Part shown: one piece after another, positions 9,427 to 18,500 of the stretch
Layout of the letters: each line of letters begins with the position of its first letter
Position numbering within the stretch: the first letter of the stretch is position 1
Origin: Myxococcota bacterium
Lineage (GTDB): Bacteria; Myxococcota_A; Polyangia; Nannocystales; Nannocystaceae
Direction: 5' to 3'
Length of the DNA: 64,000 nucleotides
Assembly (NCBI GenBank): GCA_039028615.1
Contig: JBCCHT010000034.1
Location: 80,944 to 144,943, forward strand
Notes under the pieces: model-generated
Told to the model about the DNA's origin: nothing
What the model saw: only the letters and a program-made list of their open reading frames with translations
Database searches by the model: none
Translations under genes and position numbers: made by a program

Positions 9427-10440
9427 TCAGGCACTCGGCCCGAGCTCCACGACCGCCACGAGATTGGCTCCGCGGCTCCAGTCGGGACCGGTCACCCGCT
9501 CGAGCACGGGGTCCAGCCGGTCGAGGCCATGGAGCACCGCCGAGACCGCCGCCCGTCGCAGCCGGTTGCCGCCACCTCCGACGCGGGCACTGGCCACCCC
9601 GACCGCTCCATCGTTGGCCGACGCCGCCTTGCCGCCACGTCGCAGCCACTGCACGCCCAAGTCGACGCCGGTGAGCATCGAGGGAAAGATCAACGAGCGC
9701 GCCTTGGGGGCGCTCCACAGGGCATGCACCCGCAGCCCGGCCCCGCGCGCGAGGTCGGCCAGCGTCTGCCGCTGGAAGAAGGTCAGGTGATCCCCCAGCT
9801 CGAGCGGCCGGTAACGAGCTCCCCACAGCGGCCGCGCCAGGTCATCCCAGTTGGGCACCTCGATGACCGCGAACCCCGAGGGCCGCAGGTGCGCCCGAAT
9901 CCACCGCAGCGCCGCCCCGGGCCGCCGCAGGTGCTCGAGCACGTGGGTCATGGTGATGAGATCGAAGCGCTCGGACAGCTCGACGTCACTCTCGATGTCG
10001 AGCGCGTGCACCTGGTGCCCCGCGGCATGAGCCTCGGACGCGGCGGGCGAGCGCTCGATGCCCACCGTCTGGTAGCCGGCCTCGCGCAGCAGGTCGAGCA
10101 AAAGCCCCGTGTTGCAGCCGATGTCCAGCGCTCGACCGCCCGCGGGAGCCGGCCGCAAGCGATTGCCCGACAGCTGCTGATACAGGGCCAGCGGAGGTCG
10201 CTTGCGCTCGCTGCCCGGCCGCGGCCCGACCACCTTCGCCTGCGTGTGCACCCGATCCCCGTAGTGGGCGTCGAGAAAGCGCGGCGCGAACCCGTGGGTC
10301 GCGTGCACCAGCCCGCACGCGTCGCACTTGACGATCGCGATTCCCCCGTGCGGAGCCAACACCTCGGTGCGCTGCGCCGAATCACAGCCGGGGCAGCGCG
10401 TCACTTCAACCAGAGGCGGAGCATCGGGCTCGGTCGGCAC
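9427..10440 (-). CDS. Class I SAM-dependent methyltransferase with N-terminal CxxC..CxxC
   Basis: CPGC...CDAC, ALDIGCNTG, FDLITMTHVLEHL, VIEVPN. Confidence 0.85.
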   Translation of the reverse strand: MPTEPDAPPLVEVTRCPGCDSAQRTEVLAPHGGIAIVKCDACGLVHATHGFAPRFLDAHYGDRVHTQAKVVGPRPGSERKRPPLALYQQLSGNRLRPAPAGGRALDIGCNTGLLLDLLREAGYQTVGIERSPAASEAHAAGHQVHALDIESDVELSERFDLITMTHVLEHLRRPGAALRWIRAHLRPSGFAVIEVPNWDDLARPLWGARYRPLELGDHLTFFQRQTLADLARGAGLRVHALWSAPKARSLIFPSMLTGVDLGVQWLRRGGKAASANDGAVGVASARVGGGGNRLRRAAVSAVLHGLDRLDPVLERVTGPDWSRGANLVAVVELGPSA

Positions 10441-10466
10441 CGGTCGAGGCTACCATCGTCTGGACC

Positions 10467-12146
10467 ATGGCCACCCCGCTCGCCACGCTCGAGGTCCTCG
10501 TGGTCGATGGCCAGAGCACTGGAGCCAGTCCCGCCCACGGGCACCTGCTGGAGCTGGGATGGGCTCGGACCACGGCGGGCGCCGACCCGGACGCACTGCA
10601 GACCCACGCGCGGCTGGTGCAGCTCCCCGACGACGCCGAGATTCCCCGCACCGTCACCCGCCTGACCGGCATCGGGCCCGACGAGATGAGCGACGCCGTG
10701 GCTCCTGCCGAGGTCTGGGCCGCGTGGCGCGAAGCGATGGAACCCGACCACCCGCCGCTGCTCATCCACTACGCCCGCTTCGAACGTCCTTTCTTGCACG
10801 CACTGCGACCGCAGGCGGCCGACGACGCCCCCGCCGAGTTCAACATCCTGTGCACCCACGAGATCGCCCGCCGCCTGCTGCCCCAGCTGCCCCGCCGCGG
10901 GCTCCGGGCGCTGGCCGGCTACTACGGTCATGGCGTCGATGAACTCAAGCGCAGCGCCGAGCACGTCCGCGCCACGGCCTTCGTCTGGCACCACCTGGTG
11001 GCCGAGCTTCGCCAGCACGGCATCGAGACCCTCGAACAACTCGAGCCCTGGCTGGCCAAGCCCGCCCCACGACCGAGCGCCAAGCGGGCCTATCCCATGG
11101 ATCGAGCCAAGCGCCTCGCCCTCCCCGAGTGCCCGGGCGTCTATCGCATGCGCCGAAGCAACGGGGAGCTGCTCTACGTCGGCAAGGCCACCTCGTTGCG
11201 TCAGCGCGTCAACAGCTACTTCACCAAGCATCGCAAGGTCCCCGAGCGCACCTTGGAGATGCTGACCCAGGCCCGCGACTTCGACGTCACGCCCACCGCT
11301 ACCGTGCTCGAGGCCGCCCTGCTCGAGAGCGACGAGATCAAGGCGCACTCGCCTCCCTATAACGTCATGCTGCGCGGCGACGGACGCTCGGTCTGGTATG
11401 GCGACGCCGCGCTCGAGTCGTGGAGCGAGCACCCGAGCCCACGCCACCACGTGGGGCCCGTTCGCTCGCGCGGCCTCCTGCAGGCCTGGGCCAGCCTCAC
11501 CGCGCCCGGCGACTCGATCCCGGCCGCGCTGCAACAACGCCTGTGGGCCGGTGACACCATCGACGACGACGTGTGGCGCGAGGGTCGAGCGCTGCTGGCC
11601 ACACGATGGTTCGACGGCCGCGACTCCTTCGATCGCAAGACCCTGGGCCGCGTCGGTGCTCAGCTGTGGCAGCAATGGCGCGAGGCCGATGCCGAGCCCC
11701 CGGCCGACGACGAAGACCCCGAGCCGGCCGATGCCGAGTCCGAACAACCGCAGTGGGATCCACCGAGCATCGCCGATGCCCTCGAGCGCATCCTCGGAAC
11801 CGGCGCCCACGCGCTACGGCGTGCGGCGTGGCTGCTGCGGCTGACGGAGTGCACGGTGCGACTGCGCCGAGACGCCACCACCGTGCGGGTCTTGCACTTC
11901 CGCGACGGCCAGCTCCATGAGCGCGAGGACACCACCGAAGACCGGCCACCCCCCACGCCTCCGCGATGGGCAACCCCGGCCTCGCTTCGTCGCCACGCCT
12001 TCGACCTCGCGACCTTCGACCGGCTCTGCATTCTCACCACCGAGCTTCGCCGATTGATGCACGCCGATCCGAGCGTCGAGCTGCGCCTGAGCCCCCGCGA
12101 TCGCCTCGATGCCCCGCGCCTGCGCCGGGCCCTGGCCTGGGTCTGA
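10467..12146 (+). CDS. DnaQ/DEDDh-like domain (degenerate) fused to a UvrC/Cho-type GIY-YIG endonuclease
   Basis: Intact GIY-YIG: PGVYRM..LLYVGKATSLRQRVNSYF...EAALLESDEIK..PPYN. The N-terminal exonuclease fold is recognisable (VVDGQSTG, LTGI, LCTHEIARRLLP) but its acidic motifs are altered. Confidence 0.85.
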   Translation: MATPLATLEVLVVDGQSTGASPAHGHLLELGWARTTAGADPDALQTHARLVQLPDDAEIPRTVTRLTGIGPDEMSDAVAPAEVWAAWREAMEPDHPPLLIHYARFERPFLHALRPQAADDAPAEFNILCTHEIARRLLPQLPRRGLRALAGYYGHGVDELKRSAEHVRATAFVWHHLVAELRQHGIETLEQLEPWLAKPAPRPSAKRAYPMDRAKRLALPECPGVYRMRRSNGELLYVGKATSLRQRVNSYFTKHRKVPERTLEMLTQARDFDVTPTATVLEAALLESDEIKAHSPPYNVMLRGDGRSVWYGDAALESWSEHPSPRHHVGPVRSRGLLQAWASLTAPGDSIPAALQQRLWAGDTIDDDVWREGRALLATRWFDGRDSFDRKTLGRVGAQLWQQWREADAEPPADDEDPEPADAESEQPQWDPPSIADALERILGTGAHALRRAAWLLRLTECTVRLRRDATTVRVLHFRDGQLHEREDTTEDRPPPTPPRWATPASLRRHAFDLATFDRLCILTTELRRLMHADPSVELRLSPRDRLDAPRLRRALAWV

Positions 12147-12279
12147 GCGCCCGCGTCGACGCCGGCCTGGCGCCCGGTCCGAGACGGGACGGGTGTCCAC
12201 CCCCGCCCCCGGAGCGACGCACGAACGTTTCCGGCCTGAAACGATGGTCCAGCGGGCGATCTCGGGCGTGGTCGGGAAT

Positions 12280-12366
12280 ACACCCGTGGGCCTTCCCGGT
12301 AGCCCCCACGGGTGTGAATCGAAGCCGCCGAGCCGTTGGCAGCTTCGCGGATCTTCTGCGAAGCTG
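12280..12366. promoter_or_regulatory. Two tandem inverted repeats upstream of the YqiJ-flotillin-ATPase operon
   Basis: ACACCCGTGGG (12280-12290) pairs with CCCACGGGTGT (12305-12315); CAGCTTCGCGGA (12340-12351) pairs with TCTGCGAAGCTG (12355-12366, one G-U pair). Confidence 0.5.
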
Positions 12367-12440
12367 GACCGCCCGGAGCCTCCGATCCAGCCGGATCGCG
12401 AGCCCGAGTCCACGGACCGCTTCGCCCGCCCGCTGCCACG

Positions 12441-13226
12441 ATGCAAGTGTTCCTCGAGACCATCCTGAGCTACCCCACCGTGTTCTTCACCGTTCTGTTG
12501 GCGGTGGTGTTCATCTACTGGATGCTCGTGATCGTCGGCGCGATGGGCATCGAGGTTCTCGATGTCGATCTCGACGGTGTGCACGAGGGTGCAGCCGAAG
12601 GGGCCGCCGAAGGAGCGGCCGAAGGGGTGACCGAGGGCCTCGCCGAGGGCGTGGCTGAAGGTGCCGCCGAGGGCGTGGCCGAAGGCGCTACCGAAGGCGT
12701 GCACGAGAGCGCCCACGAGGCGCTCGGCGACGGCATGTTCGCGGGCATCTTCTATGCCCTCAAGCTGCGCTCCGTCCCGCTGACCCTCGTGCTCTCGCTG
12801 GTCATCGTGCTGGGCTGGGTCATGTGCTTCTTCGGCACGCGGTACCTGATCATCGACATGGGCCTCGGCCCCTCGTGGCTCATCGGCACCGCGCTGCTCG
12901 CCACGTCGATCATCGTGGCCTTCCCCGTCACCTCCGTGCTCGTGCGGCCGCTCGCCTCCATTCTCAAGGTCGAGAAGCCCACCACGCGCCAGGACCTCGT
13001 CGGCGAAATCGTCCGCATCGACACCAGCCGCGTCGATGACCGATTCGGCATGGCCCGAGCCGAAGACGGCGGTGCGGGGCTCATCGTCCAGGTCCGCTGC
13101 CCCGCCGAGGACAACGGCCTCGGCCGAGGCTCGAGCGCGCTGGTCGTCTCCTACGATCCGCGCCGCGAGGTCTACGAGGTCACCCCCTTCGATGACCCCT
13201 CGACCGGGACATCAGCGGACGCCTGA
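12441..13226 (+). CDS. YqiJ/DUF1449-like (NfeD-type) membrane protein with C-terminal OB-fold
   Basis: PTVFFTVLLAVVFIYW TM, acidic loop, VPLTLVLS TMs, C-terminal LVGEIVRIDTSRVDDRFGMARAEDGGAGLIVQVR...ALVVSYD; lies directly upstream of a flotillin gene. Confidence 0.85.
   Translation: MQVFLETILSYPTVFFTVLLAVVFIYWMLVIVGAMGIEVLDVDLDGVHEGAAEGAAEGAAEGVTEGLAEGVAEGAAEGVAEGATEGVHESAHEALGDGMFAGIFYALKLRSVPLTLVLSLVIVLGWVMCFFGTRYLIIDMGLGPSWLIGTALLATSIIVAFPVTSVLVRPLASILKVEKPTTRQDLVGEIVRIDTSRVDDRFGMARAEDGGAGLIVQVRCPAEDNGLGRGSSALVVSYDPRREVYEVTPFDDPSTGTSADA
12582..12720 (+). repeat. In-frame 12-nt tandem repeat encoding (EGxA/T)n
   Basis: HEGAAEGAAEGAAEGVTEGLAEGVAEGAAEGVAEGATEGVHESAHE. Confidence 0.85.
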
Positions 13227-13265
13227 GCGCCCGTTCACCGTTCATCATCCCCTTCCCGCCCCTTT

Positions 13266-13287
13266 GACCCGGACTTCGGTCCGGGTC
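13266..13287 (+). other. Intercistronic cUUCGg tetraloop hairpin
   Basis: GACCCGGAC-TTCG-GTCCGGGTC: perfect 9-bp stem, no U-tract. Confidence 0.7.
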
Positions 13288-13319
13288 GCTCCCCCAACCC
13301 CTGCAAGTGAGGTCGTTTC

Positions 13320-15557
13320 ATGTCTGCCCCGTCCCTGCTGGCCACGGGCGCACTACTCGCGGCGCTCGACGAATCCACCATGATCCTGGTGGGCGTCGTC
13401 GGTGTCTTCTTGGTGCTGCTCGCGCTCGGCGTCCCTCTTCTCTACGCGAAGCTCTACCGCAAGATCGACCAGGGTCGTGCGCTCATCGTCAACAAGATGA
13501 GCCGCGTCGAGGTGTTCTTCACTGGTGGCTTGGTCATCCCCGTCGTTCACCGCTTCGAGGAGATGGACATCTCGGTCAAGACCATCGAGATCAACCGCTC
13601 CGGCAAAGAAGGCCTGATCTGTAAGGACAACATCCGCGCGGACATCAAGGTCACCTTCTTCATCCGGGTCAACAAGACCTCCGAAGACGTGCTCAAGGTG
13701 GCCCAGGCCATCGGCACCACCCGCGCCTCGCACCAAGAGACCCTCGAAGAGCTCTTCAACGCGAAGTTCTCCGAGGCCCTCAAGACCGTCGGTAAGGTCC
13801 TCGACTTCGAGGAGCTGTACACCCGGCGCCACGACTTCAAGGAGCAGATCCTCGAGGTCATCGGCGAGGACCTCAACGGCTACGTGCTCGACGACGCCGC
13901 CATCGACTATCTCGAGCAGACCCCGATGGGCGCGCTCGACCCCAAGAACGTCCTAGACGCCCGCGGTATCCGAAAGATCACCGAGATCACCGCCGATCAG
14001 GCCGTTCGGACCAACGAGATCCAGCGCAACGAGGAGAAGGCGATCCGTAAGCAGGACGTCGAGGCCAAGGAAGCCATCCTCGAGCTCGATCGTCAGCAGG
14101 CCGACGCCGAGGCCAAGCAGAACCGCGAGATCGCGTCCGTGCAGGCCCGCGAGCAAGCCGAGACGCTCAAGGTCCAGGCCGAGGAGCGCAAGAAGGCCGA
14201 GCTGGCGCGCATCAAGCTCGAAGAGGAAGTCTCCATCAACGAGGAGAACAAGAAGCGCCAGATCCAGGTCGCCGAGAAGAACCGCGAGCGCGTGGTGGCG
14301 GTCGAGCAAGAGCGCGTGCTCAAAGACCAGAACCTCGAGGCCATCAGCCGCGAGCGCGAGGTCGAGCTCAAGCGCATCTCCAAGGAGAAGGCCCTCGAGG
14401 TCGAGAAGAAGGAGATCGCGGACGTCATCCGCTCCCGCATCGTCGTCGACAAGACCGTCGCCGAGGAAGAGGAGCGCATCAAGGACCTCCGGGTCGTCGC
14501 CGCGGCCAAGCGGGCCAAGGAAGCCAAGGTCATCCAGGCCGAAGCCGACGCCCAGGAGCTGCTGGTCAAGGACATCAAGAAGGCCGAGGCCCAGGACACT
14601 GCGGCCAAGTTCCTCGCCAAGGAAAAGATCACCATGGCCGAGGCAGCGCTCGAAGCTTCCGAGAAGGAAGCCCGCGCCAAGATCCGGCTCTCCGAGGGTG
14701 TCCAGGCCGAGGTCGCTGCCCCCGGGCTGGCTCAGGTCAAGGTCAAGGAGGCCGAGGCCGTCGCCATCGAGAAGCAGGGCGACGCCAAGGCGCGGGTGAC
14801 CCTGGGCCAGATGAAGGCCGAGGCCGAGGGACGCGAGTCCCAGGGGCTCGCCGAGGTCCGAATCAAAGAAGCCAACGCCGAGGCCATCGCCAAGACGGGC
14901 CGAGCCGAGGCCGAGGCCGAGCGCGAGCAGATGCTGGCGCGAGCGGTCGGCACCGAGCAGCAGGGCCTGGCCGAGGTCAAGGTCAAGGACGCCGACGCGG
15001 CCGCGACCGAGAAGATGGGTCAGGCCAAGGCGGTCGAGATTCGCGAGAAGCTGCTGGCCGAGGCCCAGGGCCTCGAGCACAAGGCCGAGGCGATGAAGAA
15101 GCTCGACCAGAAGTCGCGCGAGCACGAGGAGTTCCGCTATCGCCTGGAGAAGCAGGTCCAGGTCGAGATGGAATCGCTCGGCGTGCGCCGCGACGTGGCT
15201 CGCGCCCAGGCCGAGGTCCTCGGCTCCGCGATGAGCACCGCCAAGATCAACATCGTGGGTGGCGACGGTCAGTTCTTCGACCAGTTCATCCGTGCGGTGT
15301 CCTTGGGCCAGGCCCTCGACGGGGTCGTGCACAACTCGGAGACCGCCAACACCCTCATGTCCGACTACTTGAGCGGCGACAAGAGCCTCACCGACGACAT
15401 CAAGGAGGTGCTCACCCGTCCCGCTCTCGACTCCGAGAGCCTCAAGAACCTGAGCGTCTCGGCGGCCCTGACCAAGGTCATGGGACAGGTCGGTGAAGGA
15501 CAGCAGAGCAAGATCCAGTCGCTGCTGTCTCAGGCGAAAAAGCTGGGCCTGGACTAG
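13320..15557 (+). CDS. Flotillin/SPFH (band 7) protein, YqiK-like, with long EA-rich coiled coil
   Basis: N-terminal TM; SPFH motifs GLICKDNIRADIKVTFF, LFNAKFSEALKTVGK, DDAAIDYLEQT; AEA/KAEA repeats; GAGGT RBS upstream of ATG. Confidence 0.92.
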   Translation: MSAPSLLATGALLAALDESTMILVGVVGVFLVLLALGVPLLYAKLYRKIDQGRALIVNKMSRVEVFFTGGLVIPVVHRFEEMDISVKTIEINRSGKEGLICKDNIRADIKVTFFIRVNKTSEDVLKVAQAIGTTRASHQETLEELFNAKFSEALKTVGKVLDFEELYTRRHDFKEQILEVIGEDLNGYVLDDAAIDYLEQTPMGALDPKNVLDARGIRKITEITADQAVRTNEIQRNEEKAIRKQDVEAKEAILELDRQQADAEAKQNREIASVQAREQAETLKVQAEERKKAELARIKLEEEVSINEENKKRQIQVAEKNRERVVAVEQERVLKDQNLEAISREREVELKRISKEKALEVEKKEIADVIRSRIVVDKTVAEEEERIKDLRVVAAAKRAKEAKVIQAEADAQELLVKDIKKAEAQDTAAKFLAKEKITMAEAALEASEKEARAKIRLSEGVQAEVAAPGLAQVKVKEAEAVAIEKQGDAKARVTLGQMKAEAEGRESQGLAEVRIKEANAEAIAKTGRAEAEAEREQMLARAVGTEQQGLAEVKVKDADAAATEKMGQAKAVEIREKLLAEAQGLEHKAEAMKKLDQKSREHEEFRYRLEKQVQVEMESLGVRRDVARAQAEVLGSAMSTAKINIVGGDGQFFDQFIRAVSLGQALDGVVHNSETANTLMSDYLSGDKSLTDDIKEVLTRPALDSESLKNLSVSAALTKVMGQVGEGQQSKIQSLLSQAKKLGLD

Positions 15558-15585
15558 CCCCTAGAACCGGAAGGCCAACTCGACG

Positions 15586-18500
15586 ATGGCGGAACACAGC
15601 GGAAACGAGGCGGCGGAGGAGCAGGACTCCGCCGCCGAGCTGGAGGGCGGAAGCTACGAGGTCATTCGCGACCGCCTCGTCGAGCAGGCCAAGGAACTCG
15701 GTCAGCGTACCGAGGCACTCAACGTGCGACGACAGGAGGTGTTCGGTGGAACCGAGCTCTCCGTCATCGCCAACGAGCGCGTCCGTACCGAGAACAACTG
15801 CACCCCCCGGGACATCGTCCAGGTGGGGGGGCGGTTGCTCTTCGGCTACAACGTGTTCCTGGGGCTGAAGACCGAGACGTCGCTGTCCGACGTCTTCAGC
15901 CTCCACTGTTTCGATCCCAAGGACGACGGCACCGTCGACCTCTCGGCCATCCCCATCGAGGAAGGCGGGCCGGGCCTCCTGGCCGACGCCGGCTTCAACG
16001 AGCACTTCCTCGAACTCTATCGTTTCTACAAGGACGCCCGGCTCGTCCAGCTGTCGCGCAGCGAGACCAAGCTGCTCGCGGTGTGGCAGATCGGCGGCGA
16101 GCTCACCGACGTCCGCGTGGCGCGGTGGACCCTCAGCCCCGACGACGTCGCCACCTACGTCGACAACCGCGGCGAGCGAGACTACGAGTTCCCCCCGCAG
16201 CACGACTTCGAGTGGACCCAGCTCACCCGCGAAGACCAAATCTCGGGCGAGTACCCCCACATATCGATCCGCGATCGGGTCTTCGTGGAGACCACCGGGG
16301 GCGACCTCACCGTCAAGGTCGAGAACAACACCGCCACGGGGAAGGGCATCTACTCCGAGCCGGTCGAGGACGAGTACCAGACCCTCGACGACGCCGACTT
16401 CCAGTTCCACGAGATCGGGCCGCTGACGCTGATGCGGATCCAGCCCTATCGCGAGGAGCAATACCGCTACCTGGTGTTCTGCGCCCGCACCGAGGAGGTC
16501 GTCCGCATCGATTCCATCGGCCGCGCCTGCCGGAGCCTCCCCGAGGACCACGGCATCATGTTCGCGGGCGGCTACTTCCTCCAGGATGGCCAGTACAAGG
16601 TCTTCGACGGCGACTACTCGAGCTTCGAGTTCCAACGGGCTGTGCGCTCGCCCAACGGCGAGGACGTGCTCTACGTGTTCCACGACCGCACCACCGGTCG
16701 CTACGCGCTGTTCCCCTACAACCTCATCCGCCGCGACGTCGGCACCCCGATCCAGTGCTCGGGCTACTGCCTGTTCCCCGACGGCAAGATGGTGGTGTTC
16801 CGCTACGAGTCGGACGAGCCGACCCGCGTGCACCCCATGCAGGTCTGGGACACGCCCTTCGTCTCCGACGAGCACGCCGCGGCGGCCCCCGATGCGGCTG
16901 GGTTCCTGGGCAAGGTCGGCAACGCCGAGCTCGTGCGCGGCATCTCCGATGCGCTGAGCGTCCGCCGCTTCATCCTCGACCAACGCCCCTCGCGGCAGGT
17001 CTACGAGGACCTCATCTCCAACTGTACGCGCATCATCGACGCGTACTACTGGCTCAGCGACCAAGAAGAAGTCGGCGATCTCCAGACCGTCCTCACCGAG
17101 ATCCGCGACACGGCCGAGCTGGTCGTCGACGAGTTCGAGAAGGTCGTCGCGATCAAAAAGCGCGCGACCGAGGCGATGGCCGAGGCGGCCAAGACCCAAG
17201 AAGCCCTCATCCGCGGGCTTCGCCCGGAATCGTGGGAGCGCGTCGAAGACTTCATGGGCGGCCTGACCGGCCTCCGGACACAGCGCGGCCACCTCATCAC
17301 GCTCCGCGAGATGCGGTACATCGACCTGCCGCAGGTCCAGACGCTCGAAGACGAGGTCATCGAGAGCTTCGACACCCTGTCCGCGGCCACCGTCGAGTTC
17401 CTGCTCCGCGACGACGCCCTGACCCCGCTCACCGGTTCGCTCGAGGAGTTGCTCGGCAAGGCAGCCGAGATCGACAAGGCGCACGAGCTCGTCCCCGTGA
17501 ACGAAGAGCTCGAGCAGGTCAGCGAGGGCCTCAACGTGCTCTCCGAGGTCGCCGCCAACCTCCAGGTCGACGACCCCACCGCGCGCACGCGCATCCTCGA
17601 GGGCATCTCCGGCGTCTTCGCCCACCTCAACCGGGTCCGGGCCACGATCGACAATCGGCGCAAGAGCCTGATGTCGGCCGAGGGCAAGGCGGAGTTCGCC
17701 GCCCAGTTCGCCCTGCTCGGGCAGTCGGTGACCTCGGCCATCGGCATGGCCGATACCCCGGAGAAGTGCGACGAGCAGCTGTCGCGCCTGATGGTCCAGC
17801 TCGAGGAGCTGGAGGCCAAGTTCTCCGAGTTCGACGAGTTCATCGGCGAGATTTCCAGCAAGCGCGAGGAGATCTACGAAGCCTTCGGCAACAAGAAGCA
17901 GCAGCTCCTCGACGAGCGCCAGCGCCGGGTCCAGAACCTGGTGCAGGCGGCCGAGCGCATCCTGCAGGGCGTCGATCGCCGCGCCAAGTCCTTCAAGGAG
18001 GCCGACGAGCTCAACGCCTACTTCGCCTCCGACGCGATGGTGCTCAAGCTCCGCGACCTGGCGGAGCGCATTCTCGACCTCGGCGACAGCGTCAAGTCCG
18101 ACGAGGTTCAGTCGCAGATCAAGTCCGCCCGCCAGAACGCGCTACGCGGGCTTCGGGACCGCCAGGACCTGTTCGAGGACGGCGCCGACCTCATCAAGTT
18201 CGGCCGCCACCGCTTCTCGGTGAACACCCAGGCGCTCGAGCTCGGAATCCTGCCGCACGGCGATGGCATGGCGCTCAGCCTGTCGGGTACCGACTTCCTC
18301 GAGCCCATCACCGACGAAGGCTTCCAGGCCACGAGCCCCTACTGGTCGCAGCAGATCGTGTCCGAGACCAAAGAGGTCTACCGGGCGGAGTACCTGGCCG
18401 CGTCCATCGTGTTCGACGCCGAGGCCAACCGAAACGGGCTGAGCCTCGAGTCGCTCAAGGACGCCGATCGGGCGGAGGGCGGGCTGCCCGAGCTGGTGCG

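Noticed and set aside
12582..12720. CRISPR-like or phase-variable repeat
   Set aside because: In-frame, degenerate 12-nt coding repeat with no spacers and no cas genes.
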